Below are positions 57,659 to 64,000 of a stretch of DNA of 64,000 nt, in pieces. This DNA comes from Shigella phage A2, in sequence record OP197928. One strand, given 5' to 3'. Numbering within the stretch: the stretch's first letter is position 1; each line of letters begins with the position of its first letter. The notes beneath the pieces are model-generated. The model had not been told where the DNA came from. It searched no databases and saw only the letters and a program-made list of their open reading frames with translations. The position numbers and the translations under genes are program-made.

Positions 57659-59755
57659 TTATCCTTGAACGAACTTGTAAGGCATGTTTGCAATATCTAT
57701 GCAAGACGCAATAATTCCAAGAGATGATTCTACTTTTTGTTTAACATTTGATGAAACAAATGATGCAAAGTCAACTCTGTCTTCTATTTCAATATCACCT
57801 GTCATTGTAACTACTTCACCAGTTTCCATTAGACGGTCACCGTCATAAATTACTGATTCGGTGAGTTCTTCCGTAGTCATAACTTCAGCTTGAATGAGTT
57901 TTGTATTATTAGATGTTGTTCCGTCATTATTAGAAGCATCAGTTATTTTATTAACTTTGACCATCAATCCTCGTGGTAGAATAACTTCAGCTTCTGTTGC
58001 TATTCCGAGACTTCCTGGATATACAACATTAACTTTATGAGCTCCATCAATTGCCCATCCTATTTGAACTTTAACGTATTCTGGATTTTCTTTATACGCT
58101 CTTATTTCGTTTGGATTAATAGTTATTCCTTCTTCATTTTTATCAACTGTTAATTCATTACGAGCTTCTGGTTCTAAAAGACCAATGCCAGCATGTGTAA
58201 TTCCAAAACGTCCAAAAATGATAGGAGTTAAAGAAGTAGATACAAAATTTCTGAAATAGAACACTTTATTTTTAACTAGTGCTTCGTATATAGGAGCAGT
58301 CATACTTTGAGCACGATAAACTGTAATGCCTTCTGGTATACGGTCACCATTTTCAAAAGCTGAATCTAAGTTATTTATAGCAGATTCAATTTCTTTTTCA
58401 CTCATTACATCATATCGTTCTGGATTGTAGCGTCCTAAAAGAAGATTATTGATGTCAGTATATCCTGAACCGCAATACTCTCTAATGCCGCGCTTTTGTG
58501 ATGGAGTATATTTAGAACCATCACGGGCAATAGTAATATCAATCATTGGACCTGCACCAATTCCAGAAAAACTATAAATCATTCGTTTGAGGAATTTAGT
58601 TTTTGCTGCGTTCCAGGAATTTTTAGTTATTTCTTCCCAGACTTCATCTGGCTGCCCTTTACGAGTTTTATTATGTTTATCAAGCCAAGTATCTTTATAT
58701 TCTTCAAAGAATTTATTAATAGCTGCTGCATACTTCTCTAAACATTTTATTGAAGTAGTCGGTTCATTTTTAATCGCATTAAGAATTACATCTTTAATTT
58801 TTTCAGAAACTTCATTAACCTCACTTTTTGAAAAGAATTTATAGTCATAATGAAGTTCATCTGCGGTTCCTTCGGCAATAATTTTTGCTGCCTTAGTTTT
58901 AGAAGCTAATGAATTAATTCCAAGTTTCATTTCTTCTGCTTCGGGAATTAAAGGAGCGGTAGCAGGTTTATTGAAATTAGCTGCGGTAGATTCATATTTC
59001 TGGAATAATTCACTTTCAAATCTAGAAGATTCCAATGACTGACTTTGTGCAATTGCTCTACGGGAAATTTTAACTTTAACGATTACAGCTTGGTCAGAAC
59101 GTTTATCATTTTCTTGTGCAATAGATGCTGCAATTGCCTCATTTTTAGTTACTTGAGCTCCAGTATCTTTATTGATATAAACATCGCCGACTTTCGATTC
59201 AACTTTAGTAAAGAGCTCGGTGCTAATTTCCGGAACTCCTGGAATGTCTTCTAGTGATACATTTTTGCGATGTATAAGAATATATGCATACTTTTTATCA
59301 TAATCCCAGAGTTCCTTAAGAAGGACGTATCTGCCACCTGAACGACTGCGGATAAGTCTATCAGCAATAACTTGAATTTGTCGAGCTTGACCAGCAGTTT
59401 TAGACTTAAGAATACGAAGCATACAGGCATCAATTTTATACTGACGCATCGTCTGCATCGCAACAGTAAAAACTGAATTGATGTAATTAATTGGGCTTGG
59501 ACCGAGACCTTTTAATTTAGCAATTGAACCTTTAGCAGTTAATGTAAAAGGAACAATATGCATCATTTTATCGCCCATCTTTAAATCGCGATTAGTATCA
59601 CCTCCAGATGTATAGGTACATAAACGAAAGCCTGGTTGTTCAATTGCGTCATCAACATGAACTGAAAAAATTTGTGGTATTTTCTTCTTTGGATTTAAGT
59701 TTGTAATCGGAAGAGTAGTATCTTCGTCAAATAATTCTGTAATGAGTTCCATCAT
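57659..59755 (-). CDS. alt: Alt ADP-ribosyltransferase (paralog 2, adjacent to gene 30 side)
   Basis: 698 aa; shared N-terminal module; ART motifs YRAQ, NFVSTSL, EAEVILPRG; late promoter upstream; assignment of alt to this copy rather than paralog 1 is by position only. Confidence 0.8.
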   Translation of the reverse strand: MMELITELFDEDTTLPITNLNPKKKIPQIFSVHVDDAIEQPGFRLCTYTSGGDTNRDLKMGDKMMHIVPFTLTAKGSIAKLKGLGPSPINYINSVFTVAMQTMRQYKIDACMLRILKSKTAGQARQIQVIADRLIRSRSGGRYVLLKELWDYDKKYAYILIHRKNVSLEDIPGVPEISTELFTKVESKVGDVYINKDTGAQVTKNEAIAASIAQENDKRSDQAVIVKVKISRRAIAQSQSLESSRFESELFQKYESTAANFNKPATAPLIPEAEEMKLGINSLASKTKAAKIIAEGTADELHYDYKFFSKSEVNEVSEKIKDVILNAIKNEPTTSIKCLEKYAAAINKFFEEYKDTWLDKHNKTRKGQPDEVWEEITKNSWNAAKTKFLKRMIYSFSGIGAGPMIDITIARDGSKYTPSQKRGIREYCGSGYTDINNLLLGRYNPERYDVMSEKEIESAINNLDSAFENGDRIPEGITVYRAQSMTAPIYEALVKNKVFYFRNFVSTSLTPIIFGRFGITHAGIGLLEPEARNELTVDKNEEGITINPNEIRAYKENPEYVKVQIGWAIDGAHKVNVVYPGSLGIATEAEVILPRGLMVKVNKITDASNNDGTTSNNTKLIQAEVMTTEELTESVIYDGDRLMETGEVVTMTGDIEIEDRVDFASFVSSNVKQKVESSLGIIASCIDIANMPYKFVQG

Positions 59756-59775
59756 ATCCTCTCTAGTGTTTATTC

Positions 59776-59783
59776 TATTTATA
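59776..59783 (-). promoter_or_regulatory. late promoter TATAAATA (minus strand) for alt
   Basis: plus-strand tatttata 21-28 nt upstream of alt ATG (59755). Confidence 0.5.
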
Positions 59784-59788
59784 AAATT

Positions 59789-59806
59789 AAAGGCCCGAAG
59801 GCCTTT
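59789..59806 (-). terminator. UUCG-tetraloop hairpin between gene 30 operon and alt
   Basis: aaaggcc-cgaa-ggccttt (UUCG on minus RNA) with flanking A/T tracts. Confidence 0.55.
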
Positions 59807-59993
59807 AATAATCTATTGGTAAGAGAGTACGATATATTTCAAACTTTGGACCTTTTTCATAGGCATCAAATGTTTCTGTGAATTTATTATAAGCATATGC
59901 ATCTATAAATTCAATCATAATTTGTGATACAGAAGTAGAAACATCTCCACCTTCTTTTTGAGCAACGACAATTGTTTCTAAGTAAGCTTTCAT
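59805..59993 (-). CDS. hypothetical small protein
   Basis: 62-aa ORF overlapping the gene 30 stop by 4 nt. Confidence 0.5.
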   Translation of the reverse strand: MKAYLETIVVAQKEGGDVSTSVSQIMIEFIDAYAYNKFTETFDAYEKGPKFEIYRTLLPIDY

Positions 59994-61453
59994 AGACCAG
60001 TTACCTCATGAAAATCACCAAATACATCCTCGAATGTATTAGCTTTAGTTTTATCTTCACGTAAACGAATCGCAATTGGAAGAAATAATTTTACGTAATC
60101 AGTGCGGCCATCAGATTTTAACCAACCATTGCATTCGCACTCTAGAATTTTTCCAATATAATAATTTTGGTTTTCCATAATGCGAGTACGGTCAAGTTCA
60201 TGTGATTTTACGCCGGCTTTATCTTTTAAGCCTGAACCAGCATTTACTTTAATTTTTCCACACTCTGATTCAAGAATAAATCCACCTGCTTTAGTAGGGT
60301 CTTTACGGTGAGGATAAATTCCTACAATTTTTAAATCAACATCAATTACTTCTTTAAATTTATAGAGATTTTTTGAACGAGCATTTTCCCACAATCCATC
60401 GGTATTTTTGAGAATAATACCTTCAAGACCTTGGTCAATATACTTTTTATAAATTACCTTAGCTTCATCTAGGTTATTTACTACCTGGTTTTCAATTAAA
60501 ATTACTTTATCATATCCTGATGTCATTTGTTCTAGTTTAGAAAAACGTACATCATATTTTAAACGAAACGCCGGAAGACCGTATATTTCTACCAACGGGA
60601 CATAATCCCAGACCTGAAACTTCATGCATTCGGCTTCTTTTTCGGAAATGGTTCCTTTTAAGGATTTATTGGCGATTCCATTAGAAGCAGTACGAGATTC
60701 CGCTACTTCGGCGAATTCTTTAGCTTTACTAATTTCAGGATAAGCATCAAAAAGAAAATCTAGGCCTTCTGGTTCCTTTTTAACTTGCTCATGGTATACC
60801 AATTCGCCATCAATTAACACACCTTCTGGATGAATCTGGCGGGCTTCAGCAGTCATTTTGATTAATTCTTCCTTAAGAAGATCTAATCCTAGATATTCAT
60901 TACCAGCTCGTGATAAAAGACGAACATCATCTAATTCATCGCCTCGGACTTCAGCAAAACACCGAGCTCCATCTGCTTTTAACTGTGCAAAGGCTGGAAA
61001 TTTGATATTCTTATTAATGCCTTTTTCATCATAAGAACTTGCCAGCATTTGAGGTTGTTCAGGAATTAAACCTGGCCAAACTTTGTTTGCAATAGATACT
61101 GAAGCACCGCATTCAAGGTCTCGCATCATCACTCGACGCAAAACTTCAACATCATCCTTTTTACCATCGGTGATATATCCAGTCAATTCCTCAATTGCAG
61201 CATTTCCGGTCAATTTCCGAGTAGCTAACGTGAATTCAATGAAGTCAAGCATATCGGTAATGGTCAGCATTCCAAAACTCTGGGTAGCAATACCAGGTTT
61301 AGGCCATTTCTTGATATAATACTGTAACCCACGAGAATAAGTCAGACGATATACCCGTTTAAGCAATTCATTATCTTTATTCTTTTCAAGAATTGCTTGC
61401 TTCTGCTTAGTTGATCCAATAGATGCTATTTCATTCAGAATTTTAAGAATCAT
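59990..61453 (-). CDS. 30: ATP-dependent DNA ligase gp30
   Basis: 487 aa; adenylation motif KADGAR (motif I) and other nucleotidyltransferase motifs. Confidence 0.95.
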   Translation of the reverse strand: MILKILNEIASIGSTKQKQAILEKNKDNELLKRVYRLTYSRGLQYYIKKWPKPGIATQSFGMLTITDMLDFIEFTLATRKLTGNAAIEELTGYITDGKKDDVEVLRRVMMRDLECGASVSIANKVWPGLIPEQPQMLASSYDEKGINKNIKFPAFAQLKADGARCFAEVRGDELDDVRLLSRAGNEYLGLDLLKEELIKMTAEARQIHPEGVLIDGELVYHEQVKKEPEGLDFLFDAYPEISKAKEFAEVAESRTASNGIANKSLKGTISEKEAECMKFQVWDYVPLVEIYGLPAFRLKYDVRFSKLEQMTSGYDKVILIENQVVNNLDEAKVIYKKYIDQGLEGIILKNTDGLWENARSKNLYKFKEVIDVDLKIVGIYPHRKDPTKAGGFILESECGKIKVNAGSGLKDKAGVKSHELDRTRIMENQNYYIGKILECECNGWLKSDGRTDYVKLFLPIAIRLREDKTKANTFEDVFGDFHEVTGL

Positions 61454-61719
61454 TGCTCATCCTTCAAAGTTTGGTTTACAGCTCTATTATAAATCAATTC
61501 ATCATTAAGCTCAGGCAAAGACTTATGATATGTAGTTCTAACTTTATTTCCTTGCATCCAGTGCTTGATATAAATGAAACCTTGCTCTACACATTTTTTA
61601 AAAATTCGTTCGTCTTTTTGAGCTCGGAATTCTGGATTGCATCTAAAAAATTGATTTACGTGACCGTAATCACGTGTAGTATTACCTTCATTTTCATAAA
61701 TAGTGTGAACGACAAACAT
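61450..61719 (-). CDS. hypothetical protein (30.1 position)
   Basis: 89-aa ORF. Confidence 0.55.
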   Translation of the reverse strand: MFVVHTIYENEGNTTRDYGHVNQFFRCNPEFRAQKDERIFKKCVEQGFIYIKHWMQGNKVRTTYHKSLPELNDELIYNRAVNQTLKDEQ

Positions 61720-62582
61720 TAGAATGCTCCTTGGAAAATATTATCACCACTAGTAAATCTATTAAAATACCCTGCATCACCAGGCTTAGTATAACTCCAC
61801 GTATGGAATGGATTCATATGATACGGGTGTGTATAATATGGATTATATGGATGTGTATAATATGGATTATACGGATTAAATCCAGGAGTTCTCCAGGTAG
61901 TGTTCCAACGAAAAGAATCGTTTTTAACCATCTTCTCAATTACATCTTTTATAGCTTTTTCACTATCAAAACTTTCTTTATTTTCCTTCGGTGAAAAAAG
62001 CTTATTTTCTACATCATTCCATGTATAAACTCGCTGAGCGGTTTTTGGAATATTGTCACGCTCTCCTCGCGCCATCCAATAAACAGGAACATTTAATATT
62101 TCACTCGCATGATCGCAGTGGTGAGCAAGATCGTCAATATAACAAATTACGTTATATTTCTCTTTTGCCTTTTTGAATAACTCTTCTTTTGAAGAATCAT
62201 GACCACACATCATTACTTCTGAGAAGGCACCAGGAAAAAGAGCATTCAAATTAAATTGACGATTCAACAGAGCGTCAATAGAATCACCCAACGCTGTAAC
62301 AGCTACAAAATTATAATCTTCTTTTAATTTGTTAATTACGCACAGGGCGTCTTTATATGGAGACAAATAACGAATAAAATCTGAACGATTGTATTTTTCA
62401 ATTAACTTGACGCCAAGTTCTTCATCACAATTAAAGAGTTTACCCGGAGAAATAAATTTCTCATCTTGGATCATTTTTAAAATATGTTCTAACGGAAGAT
62501 TATATTTCTGAGCAAAATAAGGAAGGCCTGATTGCCAGCTTAAACATACTCCATCAATATCAGTTAAAATAGTAGGCTTCAT
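61719..62582 (-). CDS. HAD-superfamily hydrolase-like protein with C-terminal Tyr/Pro-rich repeat (30.2 position)
   Basis: 287 aa; N-terminal motif ILTDIDGV (HAD motif I DxDG); C-terminus NPYNPYYTHPYNPYYTHPY encoded by a tandem 24-bp DNA repeat. Confidence 0.65.
   Translation of the reverse strand: MKPTILTDIDGVCLSWQSGLPYFAQKYNLPLEHILKMIQDEKFISPGKLFNCDEELGVKLIEKYNRSDFIRYLSPYKDALCVINKLKEDYNFVAVTALGDSIDALLNRQFNLNALFPGAFSEVMMCGHDSSKEELFKKAKEKYNVICYIDDLAHHCDHASEILNVPVYWMARGERDNIPKTAQRVYTWNDVENKLFSPKENKESFDSEKAIKDVIEKMVKNDSFRWNTTWRTPGFNPYNPYYTHPYNPYYTHPYHMNPFHTWSYTKPGDAGYFNRFTSGDNIFQGAF
61827..61874. repeat. tandem 24-bp repeat (2 copies) inside 30.2-like gene
   Basis: gtgtgtataatatggattatatgg / atgtgtataatatggattatacgg. 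Confidence 0.7.
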
Positions 62583-63043
62583 AGAGAGTCTCTTAATAGA
62601 TTTAACACATCAATAAATTCAGCTTCGGTTAGTATTGTATCATCTTTTGTTAGACCACTAGCCATGCTGTGCTTCAAAACTTTTCCTTTCGAGGCTTGTA
62701 ATGCATCGCGAAAGCCCTTGTTTTGGAACGCTGCTTCAAAATATGCATTTGTGTATAATTCTTTCCATGCTTCGGAATATCTTGAAAACGGAGTTCCAAG
62801 CCAGAACAACGTGCCACGGTCCTGAGCTCTAGCATAAGCTCGTCCAGCTTGTTGGGCGGCAAGCCCGGATAACCCAAATATACGACGCTGTTGTTCAACA
62901 TTTTTCACCTTGCATCCTTGGAGGAATCCTTCGAGACCTCCAAATTGGATACCGTCCATAACAAAAGGCCATTGGGCGAAATTACTTAATGCACATGATG
63001 GCCATCTAAAATTGCTTCTAATCTCTAGCTCAGACATTTTCAA
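62579..63043 (-). CDS. NADAR/YbiA-like domain protein (30.3 position)
   Basis: 154 aa; ALSNFAQWPF...DG...LEGFLQGCK resembles the NADAR/YbiA signature (FSNFxxWP ... EHYFQAxK). Confidence 0.6.
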   Translation of the reverse strand: MKMSELEIRSNFRWPSCALSNFAQWPFVMDGIQFGGLEGFLQGCKVKNVEQQRRIFGLSGLAAQQAGRAYARAQDRGTLFWLGTPFSRYSEAWKELYTNAYFEAAFQNKGFRDALQASKGKVLKHSMASGLTKDDTILTEAEFIDVLNLLRDSL

Positions 63044-63245
63044 TACTTATAATTTCAACATCAGCCCAATGACCATAACTTGGTAAACGGTCTTCAATAG
63101 ATAATCCGCCATCATATTTAAGCATTTTAATTGTCATAATATATGGCTCTAAATGGTCTTCAGTGAGCGGAGAGACATCAGTCACACGATAAGTAACTTC
63201 GACCATTTCCGTGCCCAGTAATTTCTGGATTAATTTCTTAAACAT
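63030..63245 (-). CDS. hypothetical protein
   Basis: 71-aa ORF. Confidence 0.5.
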   Translation of the reverse strand: MFKKLIQKLLGTEMVEVTYRVTDVSPLTEDHLEPYIMTIKMLKYDGGLSIEDRLPSYGHWADVEIISIENV

Positions 63246-63249
63246 TTTA

Positions 63250-63537
63250 TTAAAATCTCATCTGAAAACCGTGTGATTTAACATTACCGCCGCCGATATC
63301 AGAAATGTTAATTTCACGCGCAATTGAAGGGTCAATGTCAATTTCACGATTAAGTTTAGTGATAGCTAAAGTATCGCGGCCATTTACAGTACGGAACTCT
63401 AAAGGGCAGACTACATTAACGTAGTTTTTAATTGATTCACTGGTAGGTTGCAAATGAGCAGGAAGGTCTTTAGGTGCCTTAGAGAAAACCACTTCACAGA
63501 AATTTTTGCGGGTATCAAAATAAGTAGTCATAAACAT
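63250..63537 (-). CDS. hypothetical protein
   Basis: 95-aa ORF. Confidence 0.5.
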   Translation of the reverse strand: MFMTTYFDTRKNFCEVVFSKAPKDLPAHLQPTSESIKNYVNVVCPLEFRTVNGRDTLAITKLNREIDIDPSIAREINISDIGGGNVKSHGFQMRF

Positions 63538-63553
63538 AGTATTTTCCTCAGTA

Positions 63554-63569
63554 AGGGGCCGAAGCCCCT
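63554..63569 (-). terminator. UUCG-tetraloop hairpin (third identical copy)
   Basis: aggggccgaagcccct followed by cattttatttt. Confidence 0.5.
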
Positions 63570-63578
63570 CATTTTATT

Positions 63579-63944
63579 TTAAATATCAAATTCGTTAAGA
63601 ACTACATCAAAGATTGCTTCAAGATGCTCAGGTTTAGCTCTGTTACTCAAAATATGACGAATCCAAGTTTTAACCAGAAGCTTGCGATTAACGCCATTCC
63701 AGCAAGGATGAGTCCCTAAATCGCGTTGACGAAAATCATCATCCAAAGCGATTTTAAAAGAAGAACCTTCTTTCGTGATTGAAACCGTGATGCCATTTTC
63801 AAATCGCATATAAACGTAGTTAGGAGTCATATACTGTTCAATTTCGCATACTGATCCATTTTGATGTTTCCAAAGGCAGATAGTATCAATAGAACCTGCA
63901 ATACCGTTAGAAACATATTTACGTTCAAAGTTGATGTAGTTCAT
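63579..63944 (-). CDS. hypothetical protein
   Basis: 121-aa ORF. Confidence 0.5.
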   Translation of the reverse strand: MNYINFERKYVSNGIAGSIDTICLWKHQNGSVCEIEQYMTPNYVYMRFENGITVSITKEGSSFKIALDDDFRQRDLGTHPCWNGVNRKLLVKTWIRHILSNRAKPEHLEAIFDVVLNEFDI

Positions 63945-64000
63945 TTTTATTCTCCGAGATGTTTAATTGCGGTACAGGTATATAATATCATATCCTGTAC

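Overview
This window is a contiguous block of a T4-like (T-even, Tevenvirinae) myovirus genome, colinear with the phage T4 region nudE/e.x - tRNA cluster - ipI - 57B/57A - 1/3/2/4 - baseplate (53,5,6-12) - wac - neck (13,14,15) - terminase (16,17) - tail sheath/tube (18,19) - portal and head (20,67,68,21,22,23,24) - rnlB - hoc - inh - uvsW - uvsY - baseplate hub (25,26,51,27,28,29,48,54) - alt - DNA ligase (30) - 30.x. Core structural proteins are recognised from their sequences and T4-identical lengths; all calls are from reading the sequence and recall of T4 biology, with no database search run. It is not T4 itself: the minus-strand tRNA array holds 11 tRNAs (T4 has 8), Hoc carries an extra Ig-like domain from a 291-bp tandem duplication, there are two extra internal-protein-like genes, two tandem Alt-like ADP-ribosyltransferase genes, and no seg homing-endonuclease ORFs at the usual junctions. 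I found no single obviously novel multi-gene system; the most promising accessory loci are the three repeat-flanked internal-protein cassettes (candidate injected anti-restriction proteins) and the ADP-ribosylation cluster (two Alt paralogs, with a NADAR-like and a HAD-like gene just past the ligase). Late promoters (TATAAATA), a MotA-type middle promoter for uvsY, and many GC-rich tetraloop hairpin terminators are visible.
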